From the NCBI GenBank assembly GCA_036401615.1, contig DASWUO010000059.1:1-38673 (forward strand): DNA of 38,673 nt, in the 5' to 3' direction. This DNA comes from Bacilli bacterium (GTDB lineage: Bacteria; Bacillota; Bacilli; Paenibacillales; DASWUO01). Both the position numbers and the translations under genes were made by a program. The notes under the pieces are model-generated. The model was not told the DNA's origin. It worked only from the letters and a program-made list of their open reading frames with translations, and made no database searches. Positions 1 to 11,044 of this stretch are shown here, piece by piece; position 1 is the first letter of the stretch; each line of letters opens with the position of its first letter.

Positions 1-315
1 GGTTTCAGTAGATTTTCTGTGTGGAATGAAATGAAATAAGCTTATGATCCCCAGTATGACAATCATCAGTCCAACACCAAATTCCAGTGATAAACCGAGA
101 TGCGGCGATATCGTAAATTTCAAATAAATGATCCCAATTCCCACAATGAATATCGTAAAGGTATGGCCTAATCCCCAAACTATGCCGATCAAAGCTGCGA
201 AAGACAGTTTTTTTTGTTGGCTGACTATCGTAGTAACAGCAACTACATGGTCGGCGTCCGTAGAATGCCGCATCCCAAGAAAGAAACCAAGAAGAAGCAC
301 AGAAATCCACTCCAT
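1..315 (-). CDS. NiCoT (HoxN/NixA-type) nickel/cobalt transporter, N-terminal 105 codons; runs off the left edge
   Basis: Reverse frame absent from the ORF track because it has no stop in the window. ATG at 315 with GGGAGG 6 nt upstream. The translation MEWISVLLLGFFLGMRHSTDADHVVAVTTI...VWGLGHTFTIFIVG carries the H-x4-DH and GLGH motifs of NiCoT permeases, is TM-like throughout, and stays open to position 1. Confidence 0.6.
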   Translation of the reverse strand, partial: MEWISVLLLGFFLGMRHSTDADHVVAVTTIVSQQKKLSFAALIGIVWGLGHTFTIFIVGIGIIYLKFTISPHLGLSLEFGVGLMIVILGIISLFHFIPHRKSTET

Positions 316-354
316 AACAGTCCTCCCCATCTTGTTTAGTCATGCATAGGCATC

Positions 355-2403
<2,049 letters not shown>

Positions 2404-2415
2404 CTAACTTTCAAA

Positions 2416-2658
2416 CTATTTGCCGTTATCCTCTTTCTTCTTACCAGAAGGCACCGGATCAAATCCCCCGGCATGAAAGGGATGGCACTTGCAAATTCTT
2501 CGCACAGCATAATAAGAGCCTTTCAAAGCCCCATGCTGTTCAATGGATTCAAGTGCGTACTCTGAACACGTTGGATAAAATCTGCAGGTTGGCGGAAGCA
2601 AAGGGGAAATGATCTTGCGGTACATATGTATAGGCGCTTGAACCATTTGCTTTATCAT
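2416..2658 (-). CDS. yidD: Membrane protein insertion efficiency factor YidD
   Basis: 80 aa. [13 protein letters not shown]...[15 protein letters not shown] is the YidD signature. The start could instead be the in-frame ATG 12 nt downstream. Confidence 0.88.
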   Translation of the reverse strand: MIKQMVQAPIHMYRKIISPLLPPTCRFYPTCSEYALESIEQHGALKGSYYAVRRICKCHPFHAGGFDPVPSGKKKEDNGK

Positions 2659-2671
2659 CCCTTAATAATGC

Positions 2672-2702
2672 AACAAAAAAATAACGGAGTCAATTCCGTT
2701 AT
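2672..2702 (-). terminator. Intrinsic terminator after the YheC/D-like gene
   Basis: Minus-strand RNA AUAACGGA-auugac-UCCGUUAU (8 bp) followed by UUUUUUGUUG. It lies only about 15 nt upstream of the yidD start. Confidence 0.6.
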
Positions 2703-2745
2703 CGGTTGCTGTTACACGCTACTGTAAAAAACTGTAAAAATCCCG

Positions 2746-3579
2746 TCATATATTTCTTTGTATTCTTGTGATATATTGTGTAGTCCTTTCTATTCGTTTA
2801 AATAACGCTTTATTATGGTGAATTTTAAATAAATTATACCCCGGATTTGTGTTGGCTTCCAACAGCCAAATTTTGCGGTTCGTATCAATGCCAAAATCCA
2901 AACCTAATTTTCTTGCATGACGGTAATGCTGACTAAATTTATTGGCGATCCGTAAACTAACAGAACTCAGTTTTTGCTCTGTTTGATTATACTGCAAAGG
3001 TGTAAAATGGCGGGTAGCCATCAAAGCCCTGTGAAGGGTAAGTCCTTTTCCGCCGCTATGAAAATTTGTGACTATCCTGTTTGCAGCGGCCACCTTGCCG
3101 ATGGTCCCCATGAGTCTCCATTCCTCTTTAGGCTTTAACAAAAGCACACGAAAATCGACAGGCCGGTTGTGGATCGTCAGTAAATGAATGCCCTGCTGCA
3201 CGATATAATTTCTATAATGCGTCACTTTCTGAATAAAATCAGACAGGTTCATCCTGTTATTAAACTTTCTTTTGCGAATGCCGGACTGTAAAATATAAGT
3301 ATTCCCGCTGCGGGTAATTTTCATAATGCCTGTTCCGCCTAATCCGAAAGTAGGTTTAATAAATATACTCGGATATTTACTTAAGTATCTCCACAGGTTA
3401 TTCTTGGTAAGTATACTGGTTTGCGGCAGATAGGGCTTGATAAAAGACTCTTTCGAAAGATCCGCGTGTTTCTTCCATTTGTTCGGAAAGTGCCATTTAC
3501 TCATTGAAGACATAGCGTATCCCAATCCACCCTTCCACATGTCAAATGCTGATTGAACTTTACGATTTAATTTATGCAC
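2746..3579 (-). CDS. YheC/YheD-family ATP-grasp protein
   Basis: 277 aa. The blocks FIKPTFGLGGTGI, DFRVLLLKP and WLLEANTNPG match the Bacillus YheC/YheD ATP-grasp-like pattern. Confidence 0.72.
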   Translation of the reverse strand: MHKLNRKVQSAFDMWKGGLGYAMSSMSKWHFPNKWKKHADLSKESFIKPYLPQTSILTKNNLWRYLSKYPSIFIKPTFGLGGTGIMKITRSGNTYILQSGIRKRKFNNRMNLSDFIQKVTHYRNYIVQQGIHLLTIHNRPVDFRVLLLKPKEEWRLMGTIGKVAAANRIVTNFHSGGKGLTLHRALMATRHFTPLQYNQTEQKLSSVSLRIANKFSQHYRHARKLGLDFGIDTNRKIWLLEANTNPGYNLFKIHHNKALFKRIERTTQYITRIQRNI

Positions 3580-3631
3580 TTTTCAATAGGATCGCTTGGA
3601 CTTTTGGCATCATAGAGAGGGAGAGAATTTG

Positions 3632-4318
3632 GTGATAAAAATTTTGTTAGTCGAAGATGAGAAGGTGATGGCTAAGAATATCGCTTTCTTCCTGGAGAAG
3701 GAATCCTATAGCGTTGAGATCGCTTATGACGGAGAAACAGCGCTGCAGCTTTTTCAAAAAAATACGCATGATTTGGTTTTACTGGACTGGACCTTACCTA
3801 AGAAGGATGGCTTGGAGGTTTGCAAGGAGATTCGGAAAAGTTCCTATGTCCCTATTATCATGATCACGGCAAAGGGCGAGATTTTCGATAAAGTCATCGG
3901 ATTGGAAATTGGTGCGGATGATTATCTGGTCAAGCCGTTTCACCAACGTGAGCTGCTGGCGCGAATCCATGCTTTATTAAGAAGACATCAACAGCCTCCG
4001 GCGGGTCAATTAGGGCAATTCATTCAACATGATGCCTTAACATTGGATAAGGATCGAATGATGCTGGGCTTTCAGAACCACTCCATATCTCTTACCGCAA
4101 CAGAATACAAGCTATTGGATATCATGATGAGCCACCCGCTCCATGTCTACAGCCGTGATTACTTATTCGATGAAATCTGGGGGGATCCCATGGGCTTTAA
4201 CGATCGTTCAGTGGATGTGAATATTAGCCGGCTGCGCAAGAAAATCCTGGATTTGACCGGAAAACGGTATCTTCAAGCTATAAGAGGTGCAGGTTACCGG
4301 TTTATGGGGGAACATTAA
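3632..4318 (+). CDS. OmpR-family response regulator
   Basis: Receiver domain (ILLVEDE, LVLLDWTLP, VKPF) plus a winged-helix output (RGAGYRF). I moved the start to GTG 3632 behind GGAGAG; the track ORF begins at 3596. Confidence 0.9.
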   Translation: MIKILLVEDEKVMAKNIAFFLEKESYSVEIAYDGETALQLFQKNTHDLVLLDWTLPKKDGLEVCKEIRKSSYVPIIMITAKGEIFDKVIGLEIGADDYLVKPFHQRELLARIHALLRRHQQPPAGQLGQFIQHDALTLDKDRMMLGFQNHSISLTATEYKLLDIMMSHPLHVYSRDYLFDEIWGDPMGFNDRSVDVNISRLRKKILDLTGKRYLQAIRGAGYRFMGEH

Positions 4319-5743
4319 ATGAAAATTCAATATAAGTTATGGCTGACTTTCACTTCTCTTTTTATCATCATGGGGTTGGCCTTATACCTCTTTATTGTCA
4401 ACGCTTATGAGAAGCGGGCCATTGCCGGACAAGCCGGAGTGATGGGCTCTCAGGGTGCGGCGGTTGTAGAGAAAATCAACGGAACTTACCCCAAATTTCC
4501 AGACAGGACCATGGGTTATTTGCAGTTTTACAGCAAGCAGCTGGATGCAAGGCTATTCCTTCTTGATGAAAAGAATGAAGTAGTTTTTGATACTTCCGGG
4601 CAGGTAAGTCAAGGAACATCTTTAAATTTATCGATTCTTGCCAAAGTAAAAGGACAACCGGTTTCGGAATTTATCAAAACGGGTCCCTTCGGATACGTTC
4701 AATATACTATGCTGCCTCTTCACCAAATTGTGAATGGTAAGATTCCGGACTCTAATAACAGCGCTCACGGGTATTTGTTAGTCGTAAAAGATATCAATGT
4801 GGTCTATGAAGATATTCATTCGTTTCAGCGTTGGATGTTAGGGTTGATGTTTGCTGCAGTTGTGTTATTCTTTATAGTTTGCTTTCCGGTCGCTTCATGG
4901 TTCACGAAACCCATTGCTGATTTGATTGACAATCTGCGGAAGATAAGTCCGCACAAGAGATCCTTTGCCATGAAGTACAAACGCAAGGATGAAATTAGAA
5001 AACTGGTTGATGCCATCACAGAGATGGTGGGCCAGTTGAATCACTATGAACAACGGCAGCGGCAATTCTTAAGCGCCTCCTCCCATGAATTAAAGACGCC
5101 TCTGGCTACCATTCAGTTAATTGTCGAAAACCTGAAGTTCGTCCAACATGATGATAGGTTGTTCAAGGAATTTACAGGTGATTTAAGCGGGCAGATTGAT
5201 AAAATGAAGCAGATGGTCGATCAGCTGCTCGACATCCACCGCGTATGGGATAAGCCTATTGAACGGGATTGGGTCTCCTTGGACGAAGCTGAGAAGCATA
5301 TCAAAGACCATTTTCTGCTGCTGGCAGAGCATAAGGAAATCCGGCTGGTTTTCCAAACCGATTCTGGCGCGGTATTCGTTGATCGTGATTTATTCTTTCG
5401 AGGTTTGGATAATCTGGTTTCCAACGCCGTACGTTACTCTCCCGAGGGCAGTGAGGTAATCATAAGCTTTAAAATGAAGGGCAAGGAACTGGTCCAATGT
5501 TCTGTGTGTGATCGAGGCATAGGAATAAGTAAAGAAGATCTGCTTAATGTGCTTGAACCTTTTTACAGGGCTAAAGATGCAACAGAGTGGAACCAGGAAG
5601 GGACGGGATTGGGTCTGACCATTGTTAAACAAATGGTGGATATTCACGGGGGTACGATGGAGATTAAATCACTTCCCGGTAAAGGAACTTGTGTGTTTCT
5701 TTACTTAAGTAACAAAAATGATACAAAAGGTTTATTGTCATGA
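4319..5743 (+). CDS. Sensor histidine kinase (2 TM, HAMP, HisKA, HATPase_c)
   Basis: H-box SASSHELKTPL, N box VSNAVRYSP, G boxes DRGIGI and GTGLGL. The ATG abuts the regulator stop (TAAATG). Confidence 0.9.
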   Translation: MKIQYKLWLTFTSLFIIMGLALYLFIVNAYEKRAIAGQAGVMGSQGAAVVEKINGTYPKFPDRTMGYLQFYSKQLDARLFLLDEKNEVVFDTSGQVSQGTSLNLSILAKVKGQPVSEFIKTGPFGYVQYTMLPLHQIVNGKIPDSNNSAHGYLLVVKDINVVYEDIHSFQRWMLGLMFAAVVLFFIVCFPVASWFTKPIADLIDNLRKISPHKRSFAMKYKRKDEIRKLVDAITEMVGQLNHYEQRQRQFLSASSHELKTPLATIQLIVENLKFVQHDDRLFKEFTGDLSGQIDKMKQMVDQLLDIHRVWDKPIERDWVSLDEAEKHIKDHFLLLAEHKEIRLVFQTDSGAVFVDRDLFFRGLDNLVSNAVRYSPEGSEVIISFKMKGKELVQCSVCDRGIGISKEDLLNVLEPFYRAKDATEWNQEGTGLGLTIVKQMVDIHGGTMEIKSLPGKGTCVFLYLSNKNDTKGLLS

Positions 5744-5799
5744 TACAAAGTCGGGGTAAGGTGTAAATATAAGAAAAACTATTACTTGGAGGAATCTAT

Positions 5800-6432
5800 A
5801 TGAAATCACGATTCAACTTATTATTCATGCTGACGTTAATTACACTTGCTTTTGTCTTGGTCATTACCGGTTGCGGACAGGGGCCGAAAACCCCTATAGC
5901 AGATCCTACGCCTATGCCTACACCGGTTCAAGGAGAAGCATTGGATGAATCTGACTTGTCTCCAAAAGAAACTCCGGCGCCCACGGTTACTGAAGCACCC
6001 AAAGAAACCATTTCACTTTATTTCTCAGACAAGGATTTAATGAAAATTTACCGTATCGAAAGGGTCATTGATGCAGTAGATAAAGAAGCCTTACCTAAAG
6101 CAGCCTTGGAGGAATGGATAAAGGGGCCAGGCGGCGAATATCCCAACCTAATAGGAATTATGCCGCCCGGGGTTATTGTAGAATATGTGAAAGATGTGGA
6201 TGGCGTAGCCCATGTTAGCTTCTCCAAGGAAATCAAAAGCGCCAATTTAGGTTCATCCGGGGAAATAGCTTTAATTGAACAGCTTGTGATGGTGCTCCAA
6301 CAATTCGGTTTTGAGCAGACCCAAATTCTAGTTGAGGGCAATGCAGAAGAATCCTTACTGGGACACATGGAAACCAATAAGCCTATTAAAGCCAATGATC
6401 CCAATGGGTATGAGTTTATAAAAAAGAACTAA
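5800..6432 (+). CDS. Lipoprotein with GerMN-like domain
   Basis: Signal peptide with lipobox LVITGC, a Pro/Thr-rich linker, then a domain resembling GerM N-terminal repeats (family pattern recalled from memory). GGAGG lies 7 nt upstream. Confidence 0.65.
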   Translation: MKSRFNLLFMLTLITLAFVLVITGCGQGPKTPIADPTPMPTPVQGEALDESDLSPKETPAPTVTEAPKETISLYFSDKDLMKIYRIERVIDAVDKEALPKAALEEWIKGPGGEYPNLIGIMPPGVIVEYVKDVDGVAHVSFSKEIKSANLGSSGEIALIEQLVMVLQQFGFEQTQILVEGNAEESLLGHMETNKPIKANDPNGYEFIKKN

Positions 6433-9400
6433 ACAGGCTCAATCTCCATCAACAAATCGCCGGATTCCACGGTGTTGTCTACTTTAACGTGAATCTCTTT
6501 GACGATGCCGTCAAATGGCGCCTGCATGGTCATTTCCATCTTCATCGCTTCATTGGCCAGAAGGTGATCGCCTCTCTTGATGTGATCGCCTTTTTTCACC
6601 ATGATCTTAAGCACCTTGCCTGGCATGGAGGCGCCGATGTGTCCCCGGTTATCCAGATCGGCCTTCAGCCTCTTTTCCATGGTGATTTTCGCCGAAGCGT
6701 CACGAATGACAATCTCACGGGGTTGGCCGTTCATCTCAAAATAAATCGTACGCATCCCATCCGGCTGGACTACTCCTACGGAAACGAGCTTGACCATCAG
6801 GGTCTTGCCCTGGGCAATTTCTATGGCAATTTCTTCCCCCAGCAGCATGCCATAGAAGAAGGTTGGTGTGTCCATCACGGATAAGTCGCCAAATTCCAAA
6901 GTTTTTATCAACATTTTCTTGTACACATCAGGGTACATGATATAGGACATCACATCATATTCCGTGAAGCTGCGTTCAAGCTCTTTCTCTAATTGGTTAC
7001 GAACTTCGTTTAAATCCACCGGCGTAAGCAGTTCTCCCGGCCTGCGGGTGAAGCTTTCGCCGCCTTTTAAGATAATCTGCTGCAATTTCTCCGGAAAGCC
7101 CCCGGGAGGCTGACCCAGGTATCCTTGAAACATCTGGATGACGGATTCCGGGAAATCCAAATTTTCTCCCCGGGCATACACGTCTTCTTCGGAGAGATTA
7201 TTTTGTACCATGAATAAAGCCATGTCCCCTACAACCTTAGAAGAAGGGGTTACTTTGACGATATCCCCAAACATCAGGTTTACCACCCGGTAAGTTTCCT
7301 TGACCTCTTCCCATCGATGGCCGAGCCCGACAGATTTGGCCTGCTGCTGTAAATTGCTGTACTGCCCGCCAGGCATTTCGTGAAGATAAATTTCCGGATT
7401 GCTCGATTTCATCCCTATTTCGAAGGAGGCATAATACGGTCGAATATCCTCCCAATAGTCGGATAACTTCTGGAATTGCCGGGGATCCAATCCTGAGGCA
7501 TACTCGTTATTTTCTAAAGCATAGATTAAGGAATTTAAATTCGGCTGGGATGTGAGCCCGGACATGGAACTCAACGCCGCATCAACAATATCCACGCCGG
7601 CTTCACAAGCTTTAATCAATAGAGCTCCGCCGTTTCCACTCGTATCATGGGTATGCAGATGGATGGGTATGCCGATTTCTTCCTTCAAAGCTTTGATCAA
7701 CACATAGCCGGCATAGGGTTTCAACAAGGAAGCCATATCCTTGATGGCCAGAATATGTGCGCCCGCTTTTTCCAGCTCCTTGGCTAGTTGTACGTAGTAT
7801 TTCAGATTATATTTGTCCCGCCCGGGATCAAGAATATCTCCTGTATAACAGATCGAGGCCTCCGCAATCTTGTCGGTTTCCCGCACGGCTTCAATGGCTA
7901 AGCGCATGCCGTCCATGCTGTTTAAGCTGTCAAATATACGGAATATATCCATACCCGCACCAGCTGACAATTGTACGAATTTTTTGATCACATTATCCGG
8001 ATAATTGCTGTAACCCACAGCGTTTGCACCGCGAAACAGCATTTGAAAGAGGATATTCGGGATCTTCTCGCGCAGCTTGATCAAACGCTCCCATGGATCT
8101 TCGTTCATAAACCGCATGGAGGTGTCGAAGGTTGCCCCACCCCACATTTCCAGTGAGAATAAATCGGCCCCAAGCTTGCCGGTTTCCTCGGCTATCTGAA
8201 GAAGGTCATAAGTGCGTACACGTGTGGCTAATAGAGATTGGTGCGCATCACGAAAAGTCGTATCGGTAATCAGCACTTTCTTCTGTTCTTTAATCCATTG
8301 AACAAGCCCTTCCGGCCCCCGTTGATCCAAGATTTGTTTCGTGCCCGAAGGATATGGCTGCGAAATCGAGGTTTTCGGAATACGTGTTTCCGTATAAGCC
8401 GGTTTCACTACATCCTGCAAAATGCCTGGGTGGCCGTTGATGATGGTTTGGCCGATGTATTTTAAAATTTTTGTGCCGCGGTCCTGCTTCTTGCTGAATT
8501 CAAATAATTCGTTTTTGGTATCTATAAAAGAGGTATCATAATTGCCGCTCAGAAAGTCCGGATGCTGCACTACATTTTCGAGGAAAGGGATGTTGGTTTT
8601 AACGCCGCGGATACGGAACTCCCGTAAGGTTCGCAGCATTTTGCTGGCAGCTTTGTCGAAGGAATGGGCATGTGTGGATACTTTAACAAGCAGGGAATCG
8701 TAGAAAGGGGTGATGGTCGCGCCCGGTGCGCCATTGCCCGCATCCAACCGCACTCCAAACCCTTCTGCTGTTCTGTAAGCCAGTAAACGGCCAATGTCCG
8801 GCAGGAAATTCTTTTCCGGATCCTCCGTAGTTACCCTGCATTGGATAGCAAAGCCTCTCATCTGCACGGATTCCTGAGATGGGATATTAATTTCATCATC
8901 TGCCAAGGCGTAACCTTCGGCGATACGAATTTGCGTTTGGACAATGTCGATACCGGTGACCAATTCAGTAATGGTATGTTCAACCTGGATACGGGGATTG
9001 ACTTCGATAAAATAAAACTGGCCGTCAGGCGTTACAAGAAACTCTATTGTACCTGCATTAATATAATTGGTGTTCTGAGCGAGCCTTAATGCTGCATTAC
9101 ATATCTCATTCCTCTGCTCTTCCGTTAAAGCAAGGCTTGGCGCAACTTCTACCACCTTCTGATGACGCCGCTGGATCGAGCAATCCCGTTCAAACAGATG
9201 CACGGCATTTCCGTGGCTGTCGGCTATGACTTGCACTTCAATATGTTTGGTGTTAATCAGGTATTTCTCTAAGTAAACTGCCGCGTTACCGAAGGAAGAC
9301 TTGGCCTCGGATCGAGCACTTTCAAGAGCTTGCTGAAGCTCATCCGCTTTATTAACAATCCTCATACCGCGCCCGCCGCCGCCGGATGCAGCCTTAATGA

Positions 9401-9881
9401 TGATGGGATAGCCGTTTTCTTTGGCAAAAAGCATGGCTTCCTGCAGCGATGCTATAGGCTCGGGAGTACCAGGAATAACAGGCAATTTGGCTTCTACGGC
9501 CATCTGCCTTGCTGTGACTTTGTCACCGAACATCTGAATCTGCTCCGATTTCGGTCCGATAAAGACGATATTCTCTTCTTCGCAGCGTTTGGCAAATTGT
9601 TCGTTCTCAGCCAAGAAGCCGTATCCCGGATGAATTGCATCCACAGAGTGCCGCTTAGCCACTTCAAGAATCGCTTCAATATCCAGATACGCTTCAATCG
9701 GCCCTTTCCCCTTGCCAATTACATAGGCTTCATCCGCTTTAAACCGATGCAGCGCGATCTTATCCTGCTCAGAATAAACCGCTACGGTTTGAATATTCAA
9801 CTCCGTACAAGCACGAAAAACGCGGATGGCGATCTCCCCGCGGTTCGCTACTAATATTTTTCGGAAATGTCTGATAGTCAT
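6429..9881 (-). CDS. pyc: Pyruvate carboxylase
   Basis: 1150 aa. Biotin carboxylase N-terminus (KILVANRGEIAIR), a carboxyltransferase core, and a C-terminal biotinylation motif EAMKME. Confidence 0.97.
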   Translation of the reverse strand: MTIRHFRKILVANRGEIAIRVFRACTELNIQTVAVYSEQDKIALHRFKADEAYVIGKGKGPIEAYLDIEAILEVAKRHSVDAIHPGYGFLAENEQFAKRCEEENIVFIGPKSEQIQMFGDKVTARQMAVEAKLPVIPGTPEPIASLQEAMLFAKENGYPIIIKAASGGGGRGMRIVNKADELQQALESARSEAKSSFGNAAVYLEKYLINTKHIEVQVIADSHGNAVHLFERDCSIQRRHQKVVEVAPSLALTEEQRNEICNAALRLAQNTNYINAGTIEFLVTPDGQFYFIEVNPRIQVEHTITELVTGIDIVQTQIRIAEGYALADDEINIPSQESVQMRGFAIQCRVTTEDPEKNFLPDIGRLLAYRTAEGFGVRLDAGNGAPGATITPFYDSLLVKVSTHAHSFDKAASKMLRTLREFRIRGVKTNIPFLENVVQHPDFLSGNYDTSFIDTKNELFEFSKKQDRGTKILKYIGQTIINGHPGILQDVVKPAYTETRIPKTSISQPYPSGTKQILDQRGPEGLVQWIKEQKKVLITDTTFRDAHQSLLATRVRTYDLLQIAEETGKLGADLFSLEMWGGATFDTSMRFMNEDPWERLIKLREKIPNILFQMLFRGANAVGYSNYPDNVIKKFVQLSAGAGMDIFRIFDSLNSMDGMRLAIEAVRETDKIAEASICYTGDILDPGRDKYNLKYYVQLAKELEKAGAHILAIKDMASLLKPYAGYVLIKALKEEIGIPIHLHTHDTSGNGGALLIKACEAGVDIVDAALSSMSGLTSQPNLNSLIYALENNEYASGLDPRQFQKLSDYWEDIRPYYASFEIGMKSSNPEIYLHEMPGGQYSNLQQQAKSVGLGHRWEEVKETYRVVNLMFGDIVKVTPSSKVVGDMALFMVQNNLSEEDVYARGENLDFPESVIQMFQGYLGQPPGGFPEKLQQIILKGGESFTRRPGELLTPVDLNEVRNQLEKELERSFTEYDVMSYIMYPDVYKKMLIKTLEFGDLSVMDTPTFFYGMLLGEEIAIEIAQGKTLMVKLVSVGVVQPDGMRTIYFEMNGQPREIVIRDASAKITMEKRLKADLDNRGHIGASMPGKVLKIMVKKGDHIKRGDHLLANEAMKMEMTMQAPFDGIVKEIHVKVDNTVESGDLLMEIEPV

Positions 9882-10003
9882 GGTTTGATCTCTCCAATAT
9901 ATAAAATACTATTATGATAGGATCCTCGTGATGATTCCCTATCATAGTTTATCATAAATATGGAGATAGAGAAGTAGAAATCCGCAAAAAAACTATCCTA
10001 TCA

Positions 10004-11044
10004 TCAACTAATTTCAAGATGCTGGGTTTGCACCGCCTCTAACCATTGTTCATATTTCTTCAAAGCCATTCCCTGCTCCAACGCATATTTGGCATGATAT
10101 ATCCCTTCTTCAACGGAGTCTACTTTTTCCGCAATCCATAGACGAAGGGCGCTGTTCAACAGCACCATATTGTGGTAATACATCTCGCTTTCACCTCTAA
10201 GCACCTTAAGCGCCGTTTGCGCCTGAAGAGCCGCTGTCCATTCCACCTCGGGCATTTCCGCTTGCAGTTCGAAAATTTCCGGATCTACGATGTAGAGTTC
10301 ACTTGCACCATCCCGTACAATGTAGGTTCTGGTTCTTTTATCAAGCGCCAGATCCTCAGACCCTTCTACCCCTTGTAAAATAATACCCCGCTTAATCCCG
10401 AGCTGTATGATGAGTTTAGACATCTTTTCGAACACGGTTCCATGAAATACGCCAACTGCCATATAAGGCGCTTCCGATAACCGCAGCAGCTTCTCAACGG
10501 TGTTAAACACGGTTCTGACCCCCAACTCCTGTCGAATTCCCCGAAGACCGCCTAATGGCGGACACCAATGTTCGGTTGATATGAATAATACACCGCCTTT
10601 TTCAGCTCCGGCAAGATGTGCATTTCTGGAATCGGCACCTGTGGAAACTCCAATTTCGTGTAACAAATCCGTTAAAGTAATCCCCATTTTTGGAGGAAGC
10701 GGAGCACTGCCATGCAGCGTTACAGGTAAACCGCAGGATGCCAGGACAAAAGCAGTCGGAAAAGTAGCGATGAATGAACGCTTGCGCCCGTCATAAGGGC
10801 CGGCACAATCAAATCCACCCTTTATAGGATGTACAGTACTTGTATTGCGGCAAACGTCAACAAAAGCTTGAATTTCTTCCGTAGATTCCATCTTGATTCT
10901 CTCAGCAATCAGGAACGCCCCGATCTGCGCCGGAGTAGCTTTGCCTGTGATAATCATCCCAGCTCCCATAACTGCTTCTTCATAAGTCAGGTCACGGGCG
11001 CCCTTCTTACCCCTTCCAACTTCCTTTAATAAGGAAAACATCAT
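10004..11044 (-). CDS. TrpD2 (YbiB-like) protein: AnPRT fold without the catalytic motifs
   Basis: 346 aa. The N-terminus LKEVGRGKKGARDLTYEEA resembles E. coli YbiB. The AnPRT motifs GTGGD and KHGNR are replaced by AGPYDG and LHGS. The ATG overlaps the upstream ANTAR stop (ATGA). Confidence 0.75.
   Translation of the reverse strand: MMFSLLKEVGRGKKGARDLTYEEAVMGAGMIITGKATPAQIGAFLIAERIKMESTEEIQAFVDVCRNTSTVHPIKGGFDCAGPYDGRKRSFIATFPTAFVLASCGLPVTLHGSAPLPPKMGITLTDLLHEIGVSTGADSRNAHLAGAEKGGVLFISTEHWCPPLGGLRGIRQELGVRTVFNTVEKLLRLSEAPYMAVGVFHGTVFEKMSKLIIQLGIKRGIILQGVEGSEDLALDKRTRTYIVRDGASELYIVDPEIFELQAEMPEVEWTAALQAQTALKVLRGESEMYYHNMVLLNSALRLWIAEKVDSVEEGIYHAKYALEQGMALKKYEQWLEAVQTQHLEIS

Noticed and set aside
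5-349. Track ORFs 5-343 (-) and 128-349 (+)
   Set aside because: Their translations are Cys/Trp/Arg-rich with no motifs. They are shadow frames of the partial NiCoT-like gene in the third reverse frame (1-315).
6429-6432. Four-nucleotide overlap of the convergent lipoprotein and pyc stop codons, with no terminator between them
   Set aside because: This is probably simple genome compaction. I have no evidence for antisense regulation.
6489-9854. Multiple 60-174 aa ORFs antisense to or out of frame within pyc. Similar ORFs lie inside metG, nasD, nasC, tatC, the SBP gene, the ABC genes and the selU-linked genes.
   Set aside because: They lie entirely inside long, motif-rich genes, have low-complexity or Arg/Ser/Cys-rich translations, and lack SD sites. 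They are typical shadow ORFs.
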